Of a DNA stretch of 64,000 bases, positions 1 through 8,780 are shown one piece after another. Source of the DNA: Candidatus Melainabacteria bacterium 17Bon1m (lineage in GTDB: Bacteria; Cyanobacteriota; Vampirovibrionia; Obscuribacterales; Obscuribacteraceae); contig JAVLKG010000003.1 of NCBI GenBank assembly GCA_032128875.1, positions 952,974-1,016,973 on the forward strand. Reading direction: 5' to 3'. How positions within the stretch are numbered: the stretch's first letter is position 1; each line of letters begins with the position of its first letter. A program made the position numbers and the translations under genes. The notes beneath the pieces are model-generated. The model was not told the origin of the DNA. It was given only the letters and a program-made list of their open reading frames with translations, and did not search any database.

Positions 1-2392
1 TGCCGCTGTTTCCATAATTTGTTGGGCGTGAATTGCCACTGCTTCCGTAATTTGTCGGACGGGAGTTGCCACCACTTCCGTAATTGGTAGGGCGCGAGTT
101 GCCACCACTTCCGTAATTGGTAGGGCGCGAGTTGCCGCCGCCATAATTACCGCCACCACCGTAATTGTTCGGTCGTGAATTGCCACCACCGTAATTATTG
201 TTGTTTTGGTATCCGCCGCCGCCGCGAGACGGAGCTTGCCCCCATCCGCCGCCTTGCACGAATGGGTCGTCTTGTTCGATTTCTTGTCTGCGTTCGCCGG
301 CTGGTGGTGGATAGTATCCAGCCAACAATCCCGGAGTAATTTCGCGAAGAAAACGACTTGGAACCGTGTAATTGGAAGTAAATCCAGAACCGCCGGCAGG
401 TCCGCGGCCCAAGATCATGCGTTTGCGAGCCAGCGTTAAATAGAGAGAATCTTCCGCGCGGGTGACGCCTACATACATGAGGCGCCTTTCTTCTTCCATT
501 GCTGTCTCAGAATCAAGGGAGCGCATGTGTGGGAAAAGACCTTCTTCCAAGCCTGAAAGAAAAACGACAGGGAATTCCAATCCTTTTGCTGCGTGCAATG
601 TCATCAACGTAACGGAGTCTTCGCCTTCGCGCACTGCATCGAGATCGCTAACCAGTGAAATACGTGTGAGGAAAGAGTCGAGATCCGGCTCATCCGCCGA
701 CTTTTCAAATTCTTGCGCCACCGCAATCAATTCTCGAACGTTTTCAATTCGGCCTAGCGCAAGTTCGTCTTTGCTCGAATTTGCATCTTCCTGCAACTTG
801 TCGATGTACTTTGTTTCTTTAAGTAGCGTTTCGAGAAGTTGAGACACCGGAATGCTCTTCGAGAGCATGTGCCAGCGATTGACCATCTCGCCGAATTCTT
901 TGAGCGATTTTCCTGTTTTGCCAGCGATATCGCGAATAGTCTCTGCTTCCAGGCAGGCTTGAATTGGGCTGATGCCACTTTCAATTGCATATTGATTGAC
1001 GCGGTCGAGCGTTGTTTTGCCCAGCCCTCTTCTCGGCACATTGATGACTCGATTGAAAGACTGACCATCTGCGGGATTGTAGATGAGTTTTAAATACCCG
1101 AGTACGTCTTTGATTTCTTGTCTTTCGTAGAATCGAGTGCCACCAACTATGGTGTACTGAATATGGTTGCGAACCAAAACTTCTTCAAGCGCCCGTGACT
1201 GAGCGTTGGTTCTATATAAGAGTACGCAGTCCTTAAGAGTGCGTCCGCGAGCAGTAAGTCGCTTAAGTTCTTCGACAATGTAATAAGCTTCGTCGATCTC
1301 ATCTTGCGCTTCGAAGCATTGCACCTTGCCGCCCTTGTCTCTATTGCAGCGAAGTACTTTGTCGATACGCTCCGAGTTGTTGGAGATGATGCTATTTGCG
1401 ACATCCAAAATTGTCGCCGTCGAGCGATAGTTTTCTTCCAGTTTGATCAAGCGCGCCGGCTTGAAGTCGTTTTGGAAGCTGAGCATGATTTTGTAGTCGG
1501 CTTTGCGCCATGAGTAAATGGATTGGTCGACGTCGCCTACTACCATTAAAGTGCGCTCCGTCCAGGGATCTTGTCCCAGAACTTCCTCTGCCGGTTCTGC
1601 AAGCATGCGAATCAAATCGAACTGCGCTCTGTTTGTATCCTGAAATTCGTCTACAAGGATGTGGCGGAAGCGATAGTGATGGCGATTGCGCACGCCTGGG
1701 CAAGTTTTCAAAACCTGCGTAAAAGTAAGAATTAGATCATCAAAATCCATAGCGTTGTTGCGCGCCAGGTCCGCTTGATACGCAAGAAAGATTTCCGACA
1801 AGCGGCTTTCTCTGTAACTCTTCGCCTCCTGCGCATACAGTTGTGCCGTGAAGCCGTCGTTCTTCAAAGCCGAAATTGCGTAGCGCATTTCACGAGGCAC
1901 GAAAACCTTTTCGTCCAAATTCAATCGAGAGATGACTCCTTTCATCAAGCTGAGGGAGTCGGTTTCATCATAAATAACGAAATTGCTTTTGAGCTTATGC
2001 CCTTCCGGAGTCGTGTATTCCTCGATGTCATAGCGAAGCAGGCGGGCACAAATGCTATGGAACGTACCAATTACTGTCTTTCTAGCCGTCTGCCAACCGA
2101 CAATTTTCTCGATACGGTTCTTCATCTCCTGCGCGGCTTTATTTGTAAAGGTAACTGCCAGGATAGTTTCGGCTTCCTGATTCATCTCAGAAATCAGATA
2201 AGCGATGCGTCGAGTCAAGACCGTCGTCTTGCCCGAGCCGGCGCCGGCGATGACCAGGCACGGACCCCAGCCGGCGGTGACCGCTTCGGCCTGTTGGGGG
2301 TTCAGATTTTTCAGCAATTCGCTGTCAGATCTGTATTCCGATTGTTCAGGTGTAGAGCCAGTTTGCATTTCTAATTCAGATCCCAGTACCAT
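1..2392 (-). CDS. pcrA: ATP-dependent DNA helicase PcrA/UvrD (3' end runs off the window)
   Basis: Manual minus-strand translation gives LNPQQAEAV...LVIAGAGSGKTTVLTRRIAYL (Walker A) and motif VI EERRLMYVGVTRA. It is absent from the ORF track because there is no stop in the window. Start is 2392 or 2368. Confidence 0.93.
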   Translation of the reverse strand, partial: MVLGSELEMQTGSTPEQSEYRSDSELLKNLNPQQAEAVTAGWGPCLVIAGAGSGKTTVLTRRIAYLISEMNQEAETILAVTFTNKAAQEMKNRIEKIVGWQTARKTVIGTFHSICARLLRYDIEEYTTPEGHKLKSNFVIYDETDSLSLMKGVISRLNLDEKVFVPREMRYAISALKNDGFTAQLYAQEAKSYRESRLSEIFLAYQADLARNNAMDFDDLILTFTQVLKTCPGVRNRHHYRFRHILVDEFQDTNRAQFDLIRMLAEPAEEVLGQDPWTERTLMVVGDVDQSIYSWRKADYKIMLSFQNDFKPARLIKLEENYRSTATILDVANSIISNNSERIDKVLRCNRDKGGKVQCFEAQDEIDEAYYIVEELKRLTARGRTLKDCVLLYRTNAQSRALEEVLVRNHIQYTIVGGTRFYERQEIKDVLGYLKLIYNPADGQSFNRVINVPRRGLGKTTLDRVNQYAIESGISPIQACLEAETIRDIAGKTGKSLKEFGEMVNRWHMLSKSIPVSQLLETLLKETKYIDKLQEDANSSKDELALGRIENVRELIAVAQEFEKSADEPDLDSFLTRISLVSDLDAVREGEDSVTLMTLHAAKGLEFPVVFLSGLEEGLFPHMRSLDSETAMEEERRLMYVGVTRAEDSLYLTLARKRMILGRGPAGGSGFTSNYTVPSRFLREITPGLLAGYYPPPAGERRQEIEQDDPFVQGGGWGQAPSRGGGGYQNNNNYGGGNSRPNNYGGGGNYGGGNSRPTNYGSGGNSRPTNYGSGGNSRPTNYGSSGNSRPTNYGNSG
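2..200 (-). repeat. In-frame 33-bp tandem repeat encoding (GGNSRPTNYGS)n in the PcrA C-terminal linker
   Basis: ccaccacttccgtaattggtagggcgcgagttg-like units vary at synonymous positions and read in frame with pcrA. Confidence 0.85.
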
Positions 2393-2695
2393 GCCTGCTT
2401 GTGCCTCATGACATTGTCTCAAGTGCAATTATGCTATGATTCCAACCGGCTTTTCCAAGATTTTGCTTGGTCGGCTTCAAACCGCAAATCGTCTCGTTTC
2501 CGAGCGGTTTAACAAGTTTGCAGAAGAATCAGAGATAAAAGCCTAACGGGACAGCGCCTAAGTGTTGATTATAATTTGTAAACTGCACTTTCGCCCAAAT
2601 CCCCTCCCGATGCGCAGACCGGTAATCTAGGTTCTGCAATCGACAAGATAAATTCTTGGTACTAACAACTCGGATAACCCCAACGGATATACGCG

Positions 2696-3214
2696 ATGCC
2701 TTCACCTGAATCGACCTCCGCAACTCTCCCTTCCGTCGATGAGTTAGCGCAGGAGCTTTTACTAATTCAGCAGGGCGGTCCGAAGAAAGTCGCAATCATC
2801 GGCACCAGAAACCTGACTCTTACCCACCAACAACTGGTCGAAATGTTGACCTACGCGCTGGTCCTTTCCGGCAACCAGGTTGTCACCAGTGGTGGTGCCA
2901 ACGGAACCAACATGGCAGTCATCCGCGGCGCCAAGCGTGCGAATCCCGACCGCCTCGACATCATTTTGCCGCAGACCATTGCGCAGCAGCCCAGCGAAGT
3001 GCAAGACCTGCTCACCGGTATCACTCACATCACCGAGTACCCGGACCGTCGCACCATGACGCTCGCTGAAGCTTCCAAAATCTGCAACCACGAAATTATC
3101 GACCGCAGCCAGCAAGTTATATGCTTCCTGTATCACACGAGCCACACGCTGCTCGAGTCGGTCAATTACGCAAAAGAAAATCGCAAGATTATTACATCGT
3201 TTTATCTGGATTAG
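2696..3214 (+). CDS. Cyanobacterial-type 'DNA recombination-mediator protein A' (SLOG/DprA-like) protein
   Basis: VDELAQEL..IQQ..KKVAIIGTR...YALVLSGN...TSG..GTN...FYLD resembles this conserved cyanobacterial family. Confidence 0.7.
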   Translation: MPSPESTSATLPSVDELAQELLLIQQGGPKKVAIIGTRNLTLTHQQLVEMLTYALVLSGNQVVTSGGANGTNMAVIRGAKRANPDRLDIILPQTIAQQPSEVQDLLTGITHITEYPDRRTMTLAEASKICNHEIIDRSQQVICFLYHTSHTLLESVNYAKENRKIITSFYLD

Positions 3215-3349
3215 CCTTCTAGAATTAACGCTGCAAGTGCTTAAATTAAGGAAGCGCAAGCTGACTTATTCAGTTTGCTTTTGAAAGAAACAGTTGCCTC
3301 ATTGGTCTACCTGCGGATTTCTACCTTGCCTGAAGCAATCCTGACTCAC

Positions 3350-4444
3350 ATGAAAGAACCGAGCGTTATTGTTCCGTTTTTCGCGTCCCTGGTAGTCGGG
3401 CTGTGCGTATTTCCCTTCTATATAAAGTGGCTCAAGTCCAAACAAGTCGAGCAGTACTTGCGAGAAGAAGGACCGAAGAGCCATGCCGCTAAGGCAAAAA
3501 CCCCAACAATGGGCGGTTTGGGCTTTATTTTTGCAATCTTTATCGGCATAATCCCCTCTTTGATTATTGCTGGAAAAGCGCCCTGGACTTCTCTTCTGAT
3601 TCTCAGCGCCGCCGGTGCCTGCGCCTTGCTCGGATTTGCTGACGATTACGGCAAAGTGACGAGCAAGAGCAACAAGGGTATTTCTGGAAAACTGCGCCTG
3701 GCTGTTGAATTTTCTTTGGGGCTTGGACTGGCAATTGGACTCTGGTTTTTTGGAAACGATGCAGGCAAAGTAATTCTCTTACCTTCTGCCGACGGTTCCA
3801 TTTATTCATTCGCTCTGCCACTCTGGGCATTTATCGGCGCGTCGATGTTTATCATGGCTGCAACTACCAATGCAATCAATTTGCATGACGGCATGGACGG
3901 CTTGGCCGGCGGTACGTGTTTCCTTGCTTTCGCCACAATGGCTGTGATTTTGCTCGTGACTGGACAATATGCAAACGCCGCCATCGCCTCCGCCGCAGCC
4001 GGTGGGCTGGCAGCGTTTCTAGTGTTCAACAAAAACCCGGCAAAAGTGTTTATGGGCGACACGGGCAGCCTCTTTCTCGGCGGCTTAATGGGTGCTCTTG
4101 TTATGAGTGGTGGACTGATTCTCTGGTTTGTCCCACTCTCTTTGATCTACATTGCCGAGACAGTTTCCGTGATGATGCAAGTCAGCTATTTCAAACTGAC
4201 CAAAGAGTTCAAACCCGATAAACCGATGCTACCAATTATGGTGGCATGGCATAAGCTCACGCACAAACTTCCAGGTGAAGGGAAACGCATTTTTAGAATG
4301 GCTCCGCTCCATCACCACTTCGAAGCTGTGATGGCAGAACGCAATACCGGGGAGGCTAGCGTCGTCTCGATGTTCTGGCTGGCCCAGGCGCTTCTATGCG
4401 CGGCGATACTTTCCGCCTTCTTTCTCTCAGGCGCAAAACTGTAG
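3350..4444 (+). CDS. mraY: Phospho-N-acetylmuramoyl-pentapeptide transferase
   Basis: Motifs TPTMGG, GFADDY, NAINLHDGMDGL, FMGDTGS and MAPLHHHFE; ATG at 3350. Confidence 0.95.
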   Translation: MKEPSVIVPFFASLVVGLCVFPFYIKWLKSKQVEQYLREEGPKSHAAKAKTPTMGGLGFIFAIFIGIIPSLIIAGKAPWTSLLILSAAGACALLGFADDYGKVTSKSNKGISGKLRLAVEFSLGLGLAIGLWFFGNDAGKVILLPSADGSIYSFALPLWAFIGASMFIMAATTNAINLHDGMDGLAGGTCFLAFATMAVILLVTGQYANAAIASAAAGGLAAFLVFNKNPAKVFMGDTGSLFLGGLMGALVMSGGLILWFVPLSLIYIAETVSVMMQVSYFKLTKEFKPDKPMLPIMVAWHKLTHKLPGEGKRIFRMAPLHHHFEAVMAERNTGEASVVSMFWLAQALLCAAILSAFFLSGAKL

Positions 4445-4528
4445 AATTGAATGAGTTAGAAGCGTGGGGGCGCGTTGCACGCGCTCAGATATTTTGCGCC
4501 GGTGCTTAAGCGTTACCCTTTCGCGTAC

Positions 4529-5338
4529 CTATTTCGCCTGCAAATCTTTCATGCGCACTTTCAAAAGGCGTTCGATCAGATGCCCTGTGTTGTCCGGATT
4601 GTCGCACAAGTAGTCAGGTTTGCCAGTCCAGTGTTTTCCGACTCTCACGGCAATGCCGCCACGTTTGAGCACGTATGAAAAACCAGGCTCATCTGCTTCT
4701 GAATCGCCGGCAAACATAAAGAATGTCTCTTTGACCTCATCGCCCACCAGTCCGAAATGCTCGGCTACATTCGCCAGCCCGAGACCTTTGTCCCAGTCGA
4801 AATCAGGCATGAATTCTATACTTGTCTGCAATCTTCTAATTCGCAGATGCGGAATTTCAAAATACGCTTCGCGGACTGCTGCTTCAATTACCGGCATCAT
4901 ATCTGGTGGCGTAAGATGATAATGCAGGCAGATAGTCAGTTCATGATCTTCCAAAATTGTTCTTGTCGAAGGTGGCACAAGTTTTTCCAACCGGCCCCTT
5001 AGATGCGCAATTGATTCACGATGGTGATCGCCCACCTGAAGCGTTCTTTGGTCACTTCCGGCATAGAGAATTTCCATGCCGTAATTGCCTGCCAGTGTAA
5101 GCGGTGCATCTCCAAAATCACTCTTTAAAAATGGGATTGGACGAGCGCTGACGATTGCCACATGGACATTAGGCAGCTTTGCAAGTTCGCGCAAGGCGTG
5201 CACCGTTTCTGGTGGCACCTTGGAAGCCGCCGGATCTACTGTGAAAGGAGCCAGAGTGCCATCGCGATCGAAGGCGAGAAGCCAGTTTTTCTTATGAAAG
5301 AGCTGTTTAAGCCTTTCTTCTACAGGGTTGGATTCCAT
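4529..5338 (-). CDS. otsB: Trehalose-6-phosphate phosphatase (HAD IIB)
   Basis: FDRDGTLAP, VSAR, GNYGME, WDKG and GDSEADE HAD motifs. Confidence 0.8.
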   Translation of the reverse strand: MESNPVEERLKQLFHKKNWLLAFDRDGTLAPFTVDPAASKVPPETVHALRELAKLPNVHVAIVSARPIPFLKSDFGDAPLTLAGNYGMEILYAGSDQRTLQVGDHHRESIAHLRGRLEKLVPPSTRTILEDHELTICLHYHLTPPDMMPVIEAAVREAYFEIPHLRIRRLQTSIEFMPDFDWDKGLGLANVAEHFGLVGDEVKETFFMFAGDSEADEPGFSYVLKRGGIAVRVGKHWTGKPDYLCDNPDNTGHLIERLLKVRMKDLQAK

Positions 5339-5345
5339 GCCGAGA

Positions 5346-6707
5346 TTAACCACCGGTGATTAACGAGCCTGGGTGGTCTTTCTGAACTTGTTGCATGTCT
5401 TCTTTCTTGACGCCCTTGCAGCGGTCTGCATCGACTCGAGCCAGCGCTGAAATGCGCATGATAGAGCTGAGCCCCGCTTTTGTAATTGCTGTGCCGGAGG
5501 CTCTGACGTAGCGCAATCCCTTCATTTGAGAGAGGGACTTGCAGCCGGAATCAGTAATGCTGGTGTCGCTGATATCCAAGCTTTCCAACTTGGGAAAGGT
5601 GCTGATTGTCTTCAGACCAGCATCACCGATTTTAGTGTCGGGGATATAGAGTTCGGTCAAAGCAGGCGCTTGAGCGAGTGCAGACAAGCCTTCGTCCGTG
5701 ATTGAAGTTTTTCCGAGATTCAAAATGGAGAGAACCGGTGCCGATTTGAAAGTCGCCAGCGCTTTGTTGGAAATTTTTGTTCCACTTATATCAAGTGTAC
5801 GCAAGCGCAAATTCTTCAGTGCTGCTATGCCTTTGTCCGTGACGCTTGTTGAAGCCAGGGAGAGCTCTCTCAGGTTCTTCAATTTCTGAAGCGATGGAAT
5901 TCCAGTATCGGAAACTTTGGTTTTTGCCAGATTCAGTGACACCAAATTTGATGCCGTCATTACTTTGGCGATTGTCGCGTCGCTGACTTTCGTTCCACCC
6001 AGGTCAAGACCGATCAAGAAGCGGAAGGACGGCACGGTATCGAAAGTTGCGCCGGTAACTTCAGTGTCTTCGAGAGCCAAATTGTCGAGCGCGCTGTAAG
6101 AAGAAAGTTGTTTCAGCCCTTCTTCCGTAATTTTGGTTTTGTTCAGGTTCAGCGTTTTGAGTTTGCGCAGAGCGGCTAGACTGGCCAGTCCTTTGTCGGT
6201 TACATCGGTGTCGTTCAGCGAAATTTGTTCAAGCGTTTCGATTTTTCCAAGAGACGCCAGCCCTTTGTCGGTGACCTGCGATTTTGAGAGATCGATGCGA
6301 GAAAGTTTCAAATTCTGAATCTTCGACAATACATCGTCGCCCATTTTTGTGTTGCTCAGGACGAGATCGCGCAGTCCGGTCATTTTGCCGATTACGCCAC
6401 CTTCAACGTCGGTAAGATTACTGCCCGTGAGGACAAGTGTTTTCAAGCCGGTCTGCTGCGACATCAGGTTGACTTCTTTCATCGTCAACACGCGACCGGT
6501 GAGGTTGAGAATGTTTGTCTTTTTTGAAGCTTCGATGATTTTCTCGACCGAATCTTCTTTGGGTTCAACTTTGGCGGGAGCCATTCCTTGAGCTGGGGCT
6601 CCGGGCGCTTTTGCCGCCGGTGCCGCTGGAGCTGGCTGCAGAGAAACGCCGCCCAGGGATATGGAGAGTGACGCCAGAAGACATGCGACTCGCTTGAACA
6701 TATACAA
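5346..6707 (-). CDS. Exported leucine-rich-repeat protein
   Basis: Signal-like N-terminus followed by many 24-aa LxxLxLxxTxVTDxGLxxL repeats. Confidence 0.9.
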   Translation of the reverse strand: MYMFKRVACLLASLSISLGGVSLQPAPAAPAAKAPGAPAQGMAPAKVEPKEDSVEKIIEASKKTNILNLTGRVLTMKEVNLMSQQTGLKTLVLTGSNLTDVEGGVIGKMTGLRDLVLSNTKMGDDVLSKIQNLKLSRIDLSKSQVTDKGLASLGKIETLEQISLNDTDVTDKGLASLAALRKLKTLNLNKTKITEEGLKQLSSYSALDNLALEDTEVTGATFDTVPSFRFLIGLDLGGTKVSDATIAKVMTASNLVSLNLAKTKVSDTGIPSLQKLKNLRELSLASTSVTDKGIAALKNLRLRTLDISGTKISNKALATFKSAPVLSILNLGKTSITDEGLSALAQAPALTELYIPDTKIGDAGLKTISTFPKLESLDISDTSITDSGCKSLSQMKGLRYVRASGTAITKAGLSSIMRISALARVDADRCKGVKKEDMQQVQKDHPGSLITGG

Positions 6708-6926
6708 ACCCTACAGAAAAACGGTGACTAATGGCGGCAAAGCTTACTTTGAAACAATTTTTCTTGCCAGTGATCTTCTCTAACGGGCACTCCCGCCCGT
6801 ATTTTGTGCGCCTGTAATTGACCTGCCCGAGCGGGTTCGGCTCGGCGGCAGGATTGTCATCTCTTGCTTAACCAACTTTAGGATCTCAAGAATATACTCT
6901 TGAGTATAAGAAAGTGAATTTGTACG

Positions 6927-8777
6927 GTGGCAGCAAAAGTTACACAACTGGTTAAAGACCTTGTCTCTCAGCAACGCTGGGAGGAGGCTTATTCCGTGCT
7001 GTCGCGTTTTACCGCTCAAGGACCTACCGATCCGGAACTCGAGTACCAGTGCGGTGTTTTATGCTTTAACATCGGCAAGTATGAAGACGCCGAGCGGCAC
7101 TTCAAAACTTCTCTTTCCATGGACTCGGAAAGCGCAGACGCCCACTATTACCTGGGCTTGACGCTCCTCAAAGACGGCAGACCGCAAGAAGCGATGCCTG
7201 AGTTTCGCGAGTCTTGCGAACGCAAGCCGAATTTCGCCGTTGGTCACTTCCATTGGGGGTTGTCTCTAGCCCAGATGGGCAGCCATCGCGGCGCGATCGG
7301 ACAGTTTAATCAAGCGGCAAAACTCAATGTGCGCCTTTCTGCCGGTTCTTACCAGGCTGGCGTTTCCAGCTTTCAACTTGGTCAATATTTGGAAGCTGCT
7401 CAATATTTCCAAAAAACTTGCAGCCTGGAGCCGCAGATGCCGGAAGCTTTTAATGCGCTGGGTGTCTCGCTTTGTGCGATGGGTAACTATCCTGATGCCG
7501 TGCAATGTTTTTCTATGGCGGCACAGCTGGACGGGCGCGCGGCGATCGTTCATCGCAATTGGGCGATTGCACTGGTCGCCCAAGGTTTGCTGGAAGACTC
7601 GCTCAAGCATTATCAAGAGGCTATTACTGTCGGCGGCAAGAATCTCAACGCCAAAGAAAGAGCGCTGCTTTACAACGATTGGGCAGTCAATTTGTACAAG
7701 CTTGGGCGTGCCGATGAGGCAGCCGAAAAGTTGCTGCACGCCATCGATGTCGATCCGTTTTTGATGAATGCGCGCCTCAACCTCGGACTGATTTATACGT
7801 CCATGAAGGAGTACGACCTTTCGTCGGAAGCTTTCGAGAAGGCGCTGGAGGTCAGCCCCAGCTCGCTTGAAATCGGCATGTATTGTGGTGTGAGCTATCT
7901 GGTTTTGGGTGCCTATGACGCGGCGATTGAAAAGCTTTTGCAGGTTCAACAGAAGGGTTTGCGCGACGCCGAAGTCGATTTGTGGATTGGTCATTCATAC
8001 TTAGCCAAGGGCGATCTCGATAAAGCGGACGAACATTTCGGTCGCGCCAATTTGCAGGACGAGCAGAATTATTTAGCCGTAGACGGCATTGGGTGCTGTT
8101 TTGCATTGCGCGGCATGCATGCGCAAGCCGTGGAGAAGTTCAAACAAGCAATTCAATTAAAGCCGGACTACGCGCTCGGGCACTTGCATCTGGCGCGCAG
8201 TCTTGAAGAGATGGGACAAACTGATGTGTCGAAGGCGGAGTATTTCCAGGCTGCCAAACTCGACCCGGGCTGCTTTGTGCCTGAGAAGGAAGCGATAGAA
8301 CAACTATTGAAAGCGTCTGATTTCGACCTCGTTACCGTTCGCTCTCTAAAACTTTTGGAAATCAATCCAAGCGATATTGACGCGCGATTGGCTCTTGCGC
8401 GCGCCTACAAGGGAACAAATCAATTGCCCGAAGCTCAAGAACTTTTGCAAGGGATCATCAGTCAGGACCCGCAGAATTGGCAAGCATTTACCACGCTGGG
8501 GCAGGTTTTCCTTTCGATGGGGCAGTTTGTCGACGCAGATGATATGTTCAGAAATGCTGCCCAGCTCTTCGACGGCGACTCTCAAATGTTCTATTTTTGG
8601 GGCAAAACACTTTCACTTCTCGGGCTCCACGAGCTGGCTATAGAGAAGTTCGAGAAAGCCGCAGAAATTGACCCTTATGACGCCGACACTTACGATGCCT
8701 GGGGCTCGACCTTGAAAGTGCTCGGTAAATTCGCTGAAGCCGGCGAAGTGTTCAAGCGTGCTTCCGAATATATTTAA
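6927..8777 (+). CDS. Tetratricopeptide-repeat protein
   Basis: TPR consensus (A..LG.....G...EA...F..A....P) runs through all 616 aa. Confidence 0.9.
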   Translation: MAAKVTQLVKDLVSQQRWEEAYSVLSRFTAQGPTDPELEYQCGVLCFNIGKYEDAERHFKTSLSMDSESADAHYYLGLTLLKDGRPQEAMPEFRESCERKPNFAVGHFHWGLSLAQMGSHRGAIGQFNQAAKLNVRLSAGSYQAGVSSFQLGQYLEAAQYFQKTCSLEPQMPEAFNALGVSLCAMGNYPDAVQCFSMAAQLDGRAAIVHRNWAIALVAQGLLEDSLKHYQEAITVGGKNLNAKERALLYNDWAVNLYKLGRADEAAEKLLHAIDVDPFLMNARLNLGLIYTSMKEYDLSSEAFEKALEVSPSSLEIGMYCGVSYLVLGAYDAAIEKLLQVQQKGLRDAEVDLWIGHSYLAKGDLDKADEHFGRANLQDEQNYLAVDGIGCCFALRGMHAQAVEKFKQAIQLKPDYALGHLHLARSLEEMGQTDVSKAEYFQAAKLDPGCFVPEKEAIEQLLKASDFDLVTVRSLKLLEINPSDIDARLALARAYKGTNQLPEAQELLQGIISQDPQNWQAFTTLGQVFLSMGQFVDADDMFRNAAQLFDGDSQMFYFWGKTLSLLGLHELAIEKFEKAAEIDPYDADTYDAWGSTLKVLGKFAEAGEVFKRASEYI

Positions 8778-8780
8778 AGA

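Noticed and set aside
2-200. Possible CRISPR array (33-bp repeats)
   Set aside because: Repeats are contiguous with no unique spacers, vary at codon third positions and lie in frame in pcrA; no cas genes are present.
206-2411. Plus-strand ORFs such as 462..842 and 1775..2374
   Set aside because: They are antisense shadows of pcrA. The same applies to the long shadows of secA, the kinases, glmU and the TPR gene.
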